Assembly: GCF_006345805.1 (NCBI RefSeq)
Contig: NC_043008.1
Coordinates: 48,608,001-48,672,000, forward strand
DNA from: Octopus sinensis
Lineage: Eukaryota
DNA length: 64,000 nt
Direction of reading: 5' to 3'
The notes under the pieces are model-generated. The model made no database searches and was not told the origin of the DNA. It saw nothing but the letters and a program-made list of their open reading frames with translations. Of this stretch, positions 14,715 through 27,430 are shown piece by piece (the first letter of the stretch is position 1; every line of letters begins with the position of its first letter). The position numbers were made by a program, and so were the translations under genes.

Positions 14715-15135
14715 ATCATCATCATCATCATCATTTAACGTCTGCTTTCCATGCTAGCATGGGTTGGACGATTTGACTGAGGTCTGGCGAACCAGATGAC
14801 TGCACCAGGCTCCAGTCTTGATCTTGCAAGGTTTCTACAGCTGGATGCCCTTCCTAACTCCAACCACTCTGAGTGTAGTGGATGCTTTTTATGTGCCACC
14901 GGCATGGGGGCCAGTCAGGCGGTACTAGCAACGACCTCGCTCGAATCTTTTCTTTTTTTTACACATGCCATCGGCACAGGTGCCAGTAAGGTAATGCTGG
15001 TAAAAATCCCGCTCGAATGGTGCCTCCTACATGCCACCAGCACGGAAGCCAGTTGGCTGCTCTGGCAACAATCACACTCAGATGGTGCTCTTGGCACCCA
15101 ACTAGCACGGGGGTACAGGTGCCAGCAAGGCAAAG
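14715..15135 (-). mobile_element. RTE LINE 3' UTR with internal short repeats
   Basis: (CAT)n-TTTAACGTCTGCTTTCCATGCTAGCATGGG followed by repeated ATGCCA(C/T)C(G/A)GCA units. Confidence 0.75.
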
Positions 15136-15446
15136 CTGGTCAGAAGAAATATCATTGGTAAGTTTGAGTAAACATGGAATTTTTGAAAGAAGTCTGTTAA
15201 TAACTGACATGGGTACTTCATCCCATGTTTTGATCATTCTGAACATAGAAATTTCTTTCTGAAAGTCATGGATGCTGCAGAGTCAAATGATGGCAGAGAG
15301 ACCGAATTAGAAAAGATGGCCAAAGTTGATATATATGTATATATATAATATCATTCTGCCTCTGTATAATGTTGATAAAGTTTTAACAAGCCTTAATACG
15401 GATATTCCCCCCTCAAAAAAGCAAGCAAACCATTCAAACTGCTTAC

Positions 15447-15491
15447 CCGAAATCGTCTTCTTTCCATTTCTCTTCGTCTGTTGTCGTCCAT
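15447..15491 (-). CDS. Putative first coding exon (MDDNRRREMERRRFR) of an unidentified minus-strand gene
   Basis: AAACATGG start context, 15 codons, then GG|GTAAGC donor; locally CpG-rich; NRF1-type motif ~30 bp upstream; downstream exons not identified. Confidence 0.45.
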
Positions 15492-15521
15492 GTTTTAGCA
15501 GACGATCATTTATGGCTCCAG

Positions 15522-15531
15522 TGCGCATGCG
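15522..15531. promoter_or_regulatory. NRF1-type motif TGCGCATGCG
   Basis: Match to the NRF1/EWG palindrome in an otherwise CpG-poor region. Confidence 0.5.
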
Positions 15532-15637
15532 TCGAGTGAGGGGGAGTCACAAAGAGAGAGAGAAAAAGAAACGCTAAGCAACAGCACGTTCCCTGTCCAA
15601 CCACCTCCTCCTCCTCCTTTAACGTATATCATTCCTG

Positions 15638-16483
15638 ACACCACCACCACCACCACTACCACCACCACCACCACTACCACCACCAGCACCACCAACACCA
15701 CCACTACCACCACCACCACCACCACCACCACCACCACCACCACCAGCACCACCACCACCACCACCACCACTACCACCACCACCACCACTACCACCACCAG
15801 CACCAGCACCACCACCACCACCACCACTACCACCACCACCACTACCACCACCACCACCACCACCACCACCACCACCACCACTACCACCACCACCACCACA
15901 CCACCACTACCACCACCACCAACACCACTACCACCACCACCACCACCAACCACCACCACCACCACCACCACCACCACTACCACCACCACCACCACTACCA
16001 CCACCAGCACCACCAACACCACCACTACCACCACCACCACACTACCACCACCACCACCACCACCAGCACCAGCACCACCACCACCACACTACCACCACCA
16101 CCACTACCACCACCACCAGCACCAGCACCACCACACCACCACCACCACTACCACCACCACCACCACCACCACCACACCACCACCACCACCACCACTACAC
16201 CACCACCACCACACCACTACCACCACCAGCACCACCACCACCACCACTACCACCACCACCACACTACCACCACCACCACCAGCACCACCACCACCACCAC
16301 CACTACCACCACCACCACCACCACCACCACCACCACCACCACCACCACCACCACCACTACCAGCACCACCAACACCACCACTACCACCACCAGCACCACT
16401 ACCACCACCACCACCACCACCACCACCACTACCACCACCACCACCACTACCACCACCACCACCAGCACCACCACCACCACCAC
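15638..16483. repeat. (CAC)n trinucleotide array, ~845 bp, with CTA/CAG/CAA interruptions
   Basis: Directly visible. Confidence 0.97.
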
Positions 16484-16484
16484 C

Positions 16485-16870
16485 TTATTGCTCGGGTTTG
16501 TTTTCTTTTCGACCCTTTAGAATTGGAATTTTTGAAAAGTAAAAATTTTGCATTATGTAGCTTGTTATTCTCTTTAAGTGAACATTTTTCTGGTTGAAAT
16601 ACACCGAAAAATAGCAACACAGCAGTCAAAAAATCGTTAAAAATAGGGATTTTCATAGAAAAAAAGCACCTTTTTGATGTAAATAATTTTTGGTGTTAAC
16701 ATGGTCCGATCTGAATTTTTTCTTCTACAGAAGGAAGAGCAAGCCTTCTTGTATCATACTCTCAATTTTGGTCAACTTGTGCTGCAGGGTCTTGGAGGAG
16801 ATAGTGTTAGTTGAAGGCTACCAAATCTGCCATACACAGACAACTTCAGCTTTATTAATAGAGAGAGAGA
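16485..16870 (-). mobile_element. Non-autonomous Helitron, 3' end truncated
   Basis: Minus-strand 5' end TCTATTAATAAAGCTGAAGTTGTCTGTG; colinear with 58283-58654, which keeps the hairpin and CTAG. Confidence 0.8.
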
Positions 16871-16920
16871 TAAGGATCAATCCAAATTATTTGTCAACGA
16901 AGAATATCTTTTATTTTCAT

Positions 16921-17230
<310 letters not shown>

Positions 17231-19255
17231 CTGGGCGCTGATCAATTTGGATTAATCGAAAGCTTTCGATAGGGTGGGCCATCGATACTTGGAAGCTGTC
17301 CTCAGAGCGGCTGGTTTCGGTCCCGTCTTCCGCGGCCGGATAGTCGCTTTGTACAGAGGCATCCGCTCGGTAATTCGCGTAAATGGACATCTATCGAGAC
17401 CCTTCGATATCGCACGTTCGGTCCGTCAGGGATGCCCCCTCTCGTCGCTTCTATACGTATTGACTCTCGAGCCACTACTGCGGAAGCTGGCGACTCTAAG
17501 AGGTATCCCGCGAGAATTAGGATGCGGGACGAGCGTGTCTGCATACGCGGACGACGACACCGTCATCGCGTCTAGCCACGAGCACATGGAGTAGGTCGGC
17601 GAGACACTGAAAGACTACGAAGCGGTGACAGGAGCAAAAATCAACCGGGAAAAATCAGTGGGCTTGCGACCAGGCACCTGGAGAAGCAAGCCCATGCCGT
17701 CCACCAGCGCCTCCGTCGTGGGCCGCTGGACCGACGATCCGGTCGAGTTGCTCGGGGTCTCGTTTGGTCCGGATCTCCAAATGGAGAAGAACTGGAACGA
17801 GATAACAAGTAGGGTGGTCACTCTCACCAGGCAATGGGCCGAGAGGAAACTGTCCCTAAAAGTTCGGGCGGAGGTGGCAAACTCGTACATCGCGTCCGTC
17901 ATCTACTACCGCCTGACCGTCGTACCTTGTCCCGACCCTACCATCACTAAACTAGAACGCATTCTCTTTCGCTTCTTGTGGAAAGGATGCGTTCCGATGG
18001 TCAGGCGATCCATTTGCTGTCAACACCCGTTAAAAGGAGGGCTGGGCATGCCGTGGTTGATAATGCGCAGACACGCGCTGAGACTGCGACATCTCAGGCT
18101 CTACGTAGACGACGGTGAACAGGTGTGGTCGCCGTTTGTGAGGCACGCTTTCCCGCAACTCGTCTCCATGACCGAACTGCAGTCGTGGATCAAAAAGAGG
18201 CCGAGGAAGGGCGAATGGCATTACGAGTGTCGCGTTGCTCTCAAGCAACTCTGCCGTCCTGGGTCGACCTTGAGTGACTTCAACACAACCAAAGTATTCT
18301 ATAGGGGATTAGTGGAGGGGAGGTACGATGACGAGCTCGGGGCGAACCTGGACGTCGACGAGGAATACCTGACCCGCCTGTTCAGGACGACTTTCGGGCC
18401 AGGGCCCATGGACAACTTCCAGAGATCCCTGGCCTGGCAGTGCTACCGAGAAGCGCTACCCGTTCGGGATAAGCTCTACAGACACGGCTCGAGAAACACG
18501 GGGCCGACCTGCCCGAGATGCGGTCAGAGCGAAGAAACCGTTCTGCACGCGCTCGTGCAGTGTCCAACAATTTCCGACCTGTGGGCTTATGTCGAACAAC
18601 TGCTGTCACGTGTGGGACGAGTCGGTTTATCAGCTGAGTCTATCCTCAATATTGTCACGCCGCCTTCCTTCAAACGGGAAGGAAGAACTATTTTCATCAT
18701 CCTTATGGCTATGGCGAAAGAATGTATCTGGTAGACGCGTCTGAAAGGATTGGAGACAAACACTTTCCTCTCTGGTAAATCTCTCATCAACTTCTTCAAG
18801 TATCACTTGAAAAAGAAAGTGAGAGTAGAGAGGCAAGTTTTTTCTAGCGAATGTTTTAAAAAAGATGGGTGAATGTAGCAAGGATGGCACGTATGACTGA
18901 CGAAGCCACCTTGAGCATAATCCTACCAACCCGGAAATTTAAAACAGAGGGTTACCTACTTGCAAACAAATGTGGTAACATATAACAATATTGACCGAGG
19001 TTACCGTGGTCTTTTCCGTAGGCTTTTCTTCCCACGGATAAACCTTATCTGCTTCCCCCTTTACATCTTACATCATGACACTGTGATACACGATCCCTAT
19101 TGATCGTTTTCTCTTTTCTTTTTTCTTTCTTCTTTCCCTTTTACGATCCCTTTTGATCGAAAACCTACCCCACCTTTTTTTCCCCAAAAAAAGAAAAGCT
19201 CTTCTTTGTAATCTGTCCCGTCTGTGTGCAGCCCTGTGTGGCTAATAAAGAAACA
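17231..19255 (+). mobile_element. 5'-truncated Tx1-clade (L1 group) retrotransposon, ORF2 pseudogene
   Basis: One frame: LD*SKAFDRVGH, SVRQGCPLSSLLY, SAYADD, C-terminal CPRC...ETVLHALVQC; in-frame stops near 17253, 17592, 18732; GC-rich; 3' end AATAAAGAAA. Confidence 0.92.
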
Positions 19256-19274
19256 TATCTATCTACCTACCTAC

Positions 19275-19339
<65 letters not shown>

Positions 19340-19532
19340 CATTCATCCATACATACATACAGACATCGACGTAGCTAGCTAGATTGATCATATTCAATGA
19401 CAAAATGAAGAGAAGCTACGTCCAACCACTCAAATTACCCAGACATAAGTCTGAAATTTGAGAGTGAATAAAATACTTATTTTGTATGAAATATATTCGG
19501 TCGGACAAACGATTATGAATGAAATATTTTAC

Positions 19533-19533
<1 letters not shown>

Positions 19534-19570
<37 letters not shown>

Positions 19571-19572
19571 GG

Positions 19573-19607
<35 letters not shown>

Positions 19608-19660
19608 GACAGGCGGACAGACGGACAGACGGACAGACGGACAGACAGACAGACAGACAG
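19534..19660. repeat. (GACA/GACG)n microsatellite
   Basis: Directly visible. Confidence 0.95.
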
Positions 19661-19754
19661 ATCTCTCTCAACTTCTTTCGAATACATCACATCCCTTCTG
19701 CTAAAAATGTTCCCTGTACCCCTCCCTTGAAACATCTAATCTCTCACCTCTCAC

Positions 19755-19792
<38 letters not shown>

Positions 19793-20246
19793 TTCTCTCT
19801 CTCTCTGCCTCTCCCTTCCACTAAACATGTGACAGCCCCGCATATTTGCCCTTCGCGTTGCCGAGATGTTGCAACAATACAAGGGAAACTAATCTGATTT
19901 ATTATTTGTCATCAGTCAGTTATGTCCCTTCATTTATCAATTAAACATTTCACTTTGCTGTGGGAGTTTGAAAATTACATCAAAACGGATTTATATAATC
20001 ATCCTATTTTTTACATCCTTTCACCATGATGGCATGGGTTGGACGGTTTAACAGGAGCCTACGGGCCAGAGGACTGCACCAAGTTTTACTGTCTGTTTTG
20101 ACATGGTTTGTATTGTTGGATGCCCTTCTTAACGCCAACCATTTTAAAGAGTGTATTGGGTGCTTTGCATGAGGCACCGGCACCATGTGTCTGTGTTTGT
20201 ATTCATATATATAAGTATATGTGCACACACACACACATACACATAT

Positions 20247-20433
20247 AAAGGGGTACTGGAAAGTTCCTGGCTTTGGGTAAAAGAAAATACAGGAGGATCA
20301 GTTAATTATGATCTTATTCAATATACTCCCCTCTCCGATTCACACACTTGTTGCAGCGGTCCTTCAGTTTTTCTAAACCCTGTAAAAGAACTTGGAAGGT
20401 CAGGTCTCCTAAGGAACTTTTCAGCATGCCCTC
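20247..20433. mobile_element. Mariner-derived MITE
   Basis: TIRs AGGGGTACTGGAAAGTTCCT / AGGAACTTTTCAGCATGCCCT, TA flanks. Confidence 0.65.
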
Positions 20434-20941
20434 GTATTAGACTCTCTCCTCACTTTGATGAAGGAATGAGAGTTGAGTAAGACACAGCTGAACAAATTAC
20501 AGAATAAATCTTTCTCTGGTGAGACTGGTTTGTGCAGAGCCAGTGCCACTTGCTCATTCTTCAAATTGTATTGGTCTGGGGCAACAAATGTCATGGAACC
20601 AGTAGTTACTAGGAGGCAAGATTGGTATGGAGTTGCTTTCCCTTAGATGGGGGGCAACTAAAGGGCTGAGACGGCCTCATCTATCCTGTGTCCATTGGGG
20701 TGTCTCTAAGTAGCCATCTTCCAGAGTCTATTCCATGATATGCTTATTAATATATAGCTGAGACCCTGACAGGTGCTTCTACACCAGGAAACAGTAGACC
20801 TGGGAATAAGAATAGCAAAGAGGTGGATTCACACTCCTTAAAACCCTGCAATTCCCAAACAAGGGCTTCACTCTTGGATTCAGTTTAAAGCCATATATTT
20901 ATGTGTATACATACATACATACATACATACATACATACATG

Positions 20942-21590
20942 TCAAAATAAGCAACAAGGATATCCAGAGGTAATGCAGTACGATCGTTTCAAGCAACTCC
21001 ATTTAATTGAACAATGCAATCATTACATCAATTTAAATGCAGAGCAATCCTCAGCTGCGTAAAGACATAGAATCTAATTAAATTAAAACAGATGGACACA
21101 TAAGTATAATTTTACCTAAAATCTCCAAGAAGGTAAGGAGATAGACAAAGAACACGTTGTCTTCACTTCAGCCTTAGATATAAAAAGGATTTGATAAAAC
21201 TAGTCTATAAATTAAAACTGATCCCATAAAACAGTGACAAGCAAAATCTGTAACAAGTCTTTCTTGTTAATACCTTAGTAGCTTCCAAACTGAAGTGAAG
21301 ACAGCATGTTCTTTGCCTTATCTCCTTACCTTCTTGGATATTTTAGGTAAAATTATACTAATGTGTCCATCTATTTTAATTTAATTAAATTCTTTGTCTT
21401 TATGCAGCTGAGGATTGCTCTGCATTTAAATTGATGCAATGATTGCATTGTTCAACTGAATGGAGTTGCTTGAAACGATCGTACTGCATTACCTCTGGAT
21501 AGCCTTGTTGCTTATTTTGAATTTAATCACCTTATTTTGAAATTGTATGGATAATACCATACTCAATTCTGGTGCCTTAACTTAAGTGCC
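20942..21590. mobile_element. Penelope-like element remnant with inverted ~230 bp arms
   Basis: 20942-21171 is the reverse complement of 21290-21520; each arm carries a hammerhead core. Confidence 0.7.
21402..21489 (+). ncRNA. Putative type I hammerhead ribozyme with long stem II
   Basis: ATGCAG-CTGAGGA-long hairpin-GAAA-C-GATC-GTA-CTGCAT: 6-bp stem I, palindromic stem III. Confidence 0.6.
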
Positions 21591-21602
21591 ATATGCATTT
21601 GA

Positions 21603-21673
<71 letters not shown>

Positions 21674-21676
<3 letters not shown>

Positions 21677-22776
21677 AGGAAACTAGGGATTGATGAATGG
21701 TTAGTGAGAGCTGTGCAAGTCATGTACAGGGATACTGTCAGTAAGGTGAGGGTTGGCAACGAGTACAGTGAAGAATTCTGGGTAGAGTCAGGGGTCTACC
21801 AAGGTTCAGTCCTCAGCCCCCTCCTATTTATCATAGTCCTCCAGGCAATAACAGGATGCCCCTGGGAGCTCCTCTATGCTGATGACCTTGCACTAATTGC
21901 TGAGTCACTATCACAACTAGAGGAGAAGTTTCAGGTGTGAAAGCAAGGATTAGAATCGAAGGGCCTTAGAGTCAACCTAGCTAAAACCAAAGTCTTAATA
22001 AGTAGGAAGGCAGGCAAACCACAAATCCTTTCAGGTAGATGACCCCGCTCAATCTGTAGAAAAGGCGTAGATAGAAACTCTATAAGATGTATCCAGTGTA
22101 AGCTGTGGACACATAAGGGGTGCAGTAATATCAAAGGAAGGCTAACTGGGAAGATAGTTTTTGTATGTGGCAGATGCTCGGGAGCAATAAACTCTGAAAA
22201 TGTGCAGAGAACAACTTCTGCCGCATTCCAGTGGGGAAAACTAGAAGTAGTTGATTGCTTCCGTTACCTAGGTGACCAAGTCAGTAACCAGGGTGGATGC
22301 TCTGCAAATGACATCGTTTGTTGAATCTAAGAAGATAGATAAATATGAATTTATGACGACGGCAAAGTTCAAGGGCAAATCTATCACCTCATTGGTTCCT
22401 TGTTACCCACAAATGAACAACCCCAGTTCCTCCAAATTTATTTTATGAGTGACGTAGGACAACAAACCCAAAGGAAGCATCAACATTTCAGATTATGGAT
22501 CATGTTAGACACAGTGCCGACTGCTGCAAAAGAGATTATGTCTAATGACAGCTTCTCAGTGCATTCAAAGATCACATAGCCCTCACATGTTAGAGCCTGA
22601 AATACTCCAAACGGACGCATAGCATGCTGCTTAGTCGAATTAGCCCATCATCTACTCCACATATGTTTTGTTGTCAATGCTGTGCTTTCCCATATCCCCT
22701 GTTTCAACATAACTGTGATATATTATTTACAAACTATGGCATTTTCATCCCGAGCAACGCCAGGTGTCTCTGCTAG
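21674..22776 (+). mobile_element. RTE fragment fused to an internally deleted Helitron, copy 1
   Basis: GVYQGSVLSPLLF/LLYADD to ~22304, then RepHel-like QMTSF...KVQGQIYHLIGSLLP...FLQIYF, ending CCCGAGCAACGCCAGG...CTAG. Confidence 0.8.
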
Positions 22777-22825
<49 letters not shown>

Positions 22826-23923
22826 GAAACTAGGGATTGATGAATGGTTAGTGAGAGCTGTGCAAGTCATGTACAGGGATACTGTCAGTAAGGTGAGGGT
22901 TGGCAACGAGTACAGTGAAGAATTCTGGGTAGAGTCAGGGGTCTACCAAGGTTCAGTCCTCAGCCCCCTCCTATTTATCATAGTCCTCCAGGCAATAACA
23001 GGATGCCCCTGGGAGCTCCTCTATGCTGATGACCTTGCACTAATTGCTGAGTCACTATCACAACTAGAGGAGAAGTTTCAGGTGTGAAAGCAAGGATTAG
23101 AATCGAAGGGCCTTAGAGTCAACCTAGCTAAAACCAAAGTCTTAATAAGTAGGAAGGCAGGCAAACCACAAATCCTTTCAGGTAGATGACCCCGCTCAAT
23201 CTGTAGAAAAGGCGTAGATAGAAACTCTATAAGATGTATCCAGTGTAAGCTGTGGACACATAAGGGGTGCAGTAATATCAAAGGAAGGCTAACTGGGAAG
23301 ATAGTTTTTGTATGTGGCAGATGCTCGGGAGCAATAAACTCTGAAAATGTGCAGAGAACAACTTCTGCCGCATTCCAGTGGGGAAAACTAGAAGTAGTTG
23401 ATTGCTTCCGTTACCTAGGTGACCAAGTCAGTAACCAGGGTGGATGCTCTGCAAATGACATCGTTTGTTGAATCTAAGAAGATAGATAAATATGAATTTA
23501 TGACGACGGCAAAGTTCAAGGGCAAATCTATCACCTCATTGGTTCCTTGTTACCCACAAATGAACAACCCCAGTTCCTCCAAATTTATTTTATGAGTGAC
23601 GTAGGACAACAAACCCAAAGGAAGCATCAACATTTCAGATTATGGATCATGTTAGACACAGTGCCGACTGCTGCAAAAGAGATTATGTCTAATGACAGCT
23701 TCTCAGTGCATTCAAAGATCACATAGCCCTCACATGTTAGAGCCTGAAATACTCCAAACGGACGCATAGCATGCTGCTTAGTCGAATTAGCCCATCATCT
23801 ACTCCACATATGTTTTGTTGTCAATGCTGTGCTTTCCCATATCACCTGTTTCAACATAACTGTGATATATTATTTACAAACTATGGCATTTTCATCCCGA
23901 GCAACGCCAGGTGTCTCTGCTAG
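22777..23923 (+). repeat. Tandem copy 2 of the 1147-bp RTE-Helitron unit
   Basis: Offset 1147 bp; only one substitution noticed (CATATCCCC vs CATATCACC). Confidence 0.92.
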
Positions 23924-24069
23924 TCTCTATATTATATATATAAGGACTTCTTGTTTATACCTAAGAAATGGACAATTCACACAATCCAATTTTTTCCGTC
24001 AATAAAATGGATATTCTTCCAAACCACACGGTTCTGGGTTCAGTTCCACTGCATGGCACCTTGGGCAAG

Positions 24070-24640
24070 GGAATCTTCCAAGTCCTCTCCCCACCCAACA
24101 CTTTTTTTTCCTATTCGTTTACTACATGTTGTTTTGCACCTATTACACTATTTTGTTTTTTAATTTTTCTGATCGAGTGTAAACGTTGAGCTTTCGAATC
24201 CTCTAAGTTCGATCGCGTGAATTTTCCAAGTCCTCTCCCCACCCCACCCCGTTCGCTAGCGCACATTTTCTTTTTTTTTTTATCATAATCGTTTAGTACC
24301 CATTATTTTATACCTAATGCACTTTCTCTTTTCTTTTTTGTTTTTGGTGTCTGGGTGTCGAGTCGGGTTACTGGATCCGCACCCCACCCACCCTCCGTCA
24401 CAAAAATTGAAAAAAAAAATGTCTATTAGGTGTAAAATAATGCGTAGTAAACGAATATGAAGAAAAACAATTGCGCCGACGAACGGGGAAGTGGTGAGAG
24501 GCCTCGGAACGTTCCCGATGGGAATTTTCCGAGGCCCCTGCCCCCCTCCCGTTCCCCAGTGCGCATTTTTTTTTTAATATTCGTTTCCTACATGTTGTTT
24601 TACACCTATTACACTATTTTTTTTCTTTTTTTTTTTTGCT
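24070..24640. repeat. Fold-back cluster of ~110-bp subrepeats
   Basis: TTCCAAGTCCTCTCCCCACC...TTCGTTT(A/C)CTACATGTTGTTTT units near 24075, 24222, 24525; inverted copy ~24400-24515. Confidence 0.6.
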
Positions 24641-24924
24641 CGGGTCAAACATTGGAGGTAAACCCGCCCCCCTCTATTTTCATTATTTATTTGCAGATTT
24701 TCTATTAGTTCTATTTTCATTTCTCTATATTTTTTTAGTGTTTACTTTCGTAACAAGTAAAATCAAAATATTAATAAAAACCAACACTGGAATCGGTTTT
24801 GGTCGACGAAACCATTGAGCAACGTCGCAGTTAAACGACTGAAACTGGTGGGAAAAAAACAGACTGGATTATTTAAAATTCATTAATTAATTTTTTTTTT
24901 TATGTTCCCCAAATGAATAATTAA

Positions 24925-25605
24925 CGCTGAATATATTATGTTAATAATTAAAGGTTTCTGCTTCCGTTAAAAGAGTTCTCGTTCCGTTTCGACTGGAGGA
25001 GGTCGTCGTTGTTTACGTTTTTGAATTAAGGAAATCAATTAATTTTAGATTCATTAAAACCTAATTAAGGAGAGATGCCTGTCTATTTATGGCTGTAATA
25101 ATGATGATAATTATTATTGAGATGCGTTGGTGTAAGGAAGGTTGAGAGAGATGGTCATGGAGGGAGATTCCAGTTAATTGCAGTGTCTAAGTCCACCAAA
25201 ACCCGTTTCCTTCTTGTTCCTGCGTAAATCTTGTTGTTTAGCAAAAGAGAGTTTGGTCAATGTTGGAACTGTGTCGAATAGAAACAACAGACATGGCATT
25301 GGGCCTTAATTGAGATAATTAATGGACCTTAATTGTGACGGGTCTGACCCTTTCCGTGGGGCACCGCCCCCTCCTCCTCTTCTGATATTATTCGAATTGG
25401 TTCCACATTGTTTATGTAAGTACCATTCCATCTTTTATTTCTGTTGGATCCATCTCTTTACATTATGTTAGATTGATGTCTGTGGAAATGGACGGACAAA
25501 CATCTCCGCTTTTACCTCGATATTCTCACATCTTTGTCGTTGTTTAGTCAAAAGTTTGGGTGTCGGTTAATAGACTTAAGGTACCCTTAATTCTGGTGAC
25601 CAGAT
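24925..25605 (+). promoter_or_regulatory. Shared ZNF 5' module (promoter / non-coding first exon), copy A
   Basis: Near-identical to reverse complements at 50618-51250 and 57450-58075; AAGAGTTCnn(G/C)TTCCGTTTCGA motif; candidate donor AT|GTAAGT at 25416. Confidence 0.65.
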
Positions 25606-27104
25606 GTTGTCCTTCGATCTTCTTTGGGGTATTTATAATTGTAGATATAACAGATGTCTTATTCCTATTTGGTTGAGTATCTCGTGTTTGGGTGGAGTGA
25701 GAGAGAGAATTAAATTTAATGAGAAAATTTTGGTAAAGATTTTGGAGAATCGGTCGTCTGTGTGGAATATAAAGTTGTACATAATAAAGGAATTATACAT
25801 CTAATCAGTTAGAGTTAGGGTTATGGGTGGGAGAAAAGGGTTTCTGTTATCTTCAGAAATGTAAACAAAGCCACTTGCGGTACCTATACCGAAGGATCGC
25901 CTTAATTTTATATTTTCAAAACATTACTACACACACAATGTATGTTTGTATGTAGAGGCTGAGTTAATCGTTGAGGTGATATTATTTCGACAGAAAATGC
26001 AATGATTTCGTGTTTCTATTCTTCATTGTTTTAGTCTTGGTATAGAATCGCCGATCAACCATTCATTGCTATCGTTGCTTCATTCAGACACGATTCGAAT
26101 CTATTTCGTTTGGAAATGATATCGGAATTAAAATTCAGAAGAACCACAGTTCTTCACAATTTATTGAAGTTTGTAAATGAGGGAGAAGGGAGGCAATTAG
26201 TAAGTGGATGCGCACTCCCTTAATTAAACATCACACAATGTGTCGGTATTATTGCGAGGGATGGCGGGACTGAGCTGCTGGAACAAGAGCCAAGTATTCG
26301 CTTTCAGACTTCATCCAATTCTTCAATGATGCAGGACCTCCACAAAGACAAATATTTCCTTGTCACCAGCCCTTGGCATTGTCATCATTTTCAGTAAATT
26401 TAGCATTACACCTGCCGAGATTGGTGGTTTTACAATCCGGGTCTGTGTGACCCCTAGGGGTCTACATATACAAAATAGTAAATTGGGAACCCACAGTAGT
26501 ATTTTAAGGGTTCATGAAAGCAAAAAAAAAGTTATGTTAGATGAATTCATTGCAAGAAACAGCCTGGTTTCCTTCTTTGATTGTTTTACGTAGTTGAGCC
26601 CCTGTGTTCCAGCCCCTGAAAGATCTTCTCTCAGAGAATGCTTTTACAAACTTAAACAAGTGAATGTTCAAAACTGCAAAAGAGGAATTTTAAAAGAAAT
26701 ATCAATAAAACCAGTTTTTGAACAATGAATGGCTTGGTGGTGGGTGAGTGGGAGTAAAATAATAATCAACAGGGTCCATAGATAAAAAATGGTTGAGAAC
26801 CACTTCCTTAGATTGCCATTAAACTTGAGAAATATCTTTTACTGAAGCTGTAACATGATAAGATGATGTAGTTTGAGGTTCTATGATTCAAAAGAAAGTA
26901 AACTTTTACACTCATCTCCAAACTCTTGAATGTCAGACTCCCAGATAAGCTGTCACTGCCTCACGAAGAAGGAAAAAAGCAAGAAATTGAGTGGTGGTTT
27001 CCTTCTATAAAAGAATTTTTTTTTGTCCAAAAGATTACATTTTTTATTTTTACCCCTACCCCCAATTCCATTCCCTTTTCTGGTAAATTTTCACTATCTA
27101 ATGG

Positions 27105-27430
27105 CACAGGTAGGGTGGCAGAGCGAAGACACACGGCTTAGTGGTTTGGGTCATGATTATAAGATTATGAGTTTTATTCCTGGTGGTGTGGTGTGTCCTT
27201 GAGCAAGACACTTAATTTCACATTGCTCCAGTTCACTCAGCTGGGAATAATGAGTTGCACATGTCATTGAAAGCGCCAACTTTATCACTTTCTCTGTCAT
27301 ATTTTGAAATACGCTAAAGGTACGTGTGTCTGTGGAGTGCTCAGCCACATGCAAGTTAATTTTACAAGCAGGGTGTTTCATTGATCGAATCAACTGAAAC
27401 CCTCTTCATCATAACCAATCGAGTACCAGT
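27105..27430 (+). mobile_element. tRNA-derived SINE in the ZNF-A intron
   Basis: GGCTTAGTGGT head, GTGTCCTTGAGCAAGACACTTAATTTCACATTGCTCCAG core; related copy ~47620-47710. Confidence 0.6.
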
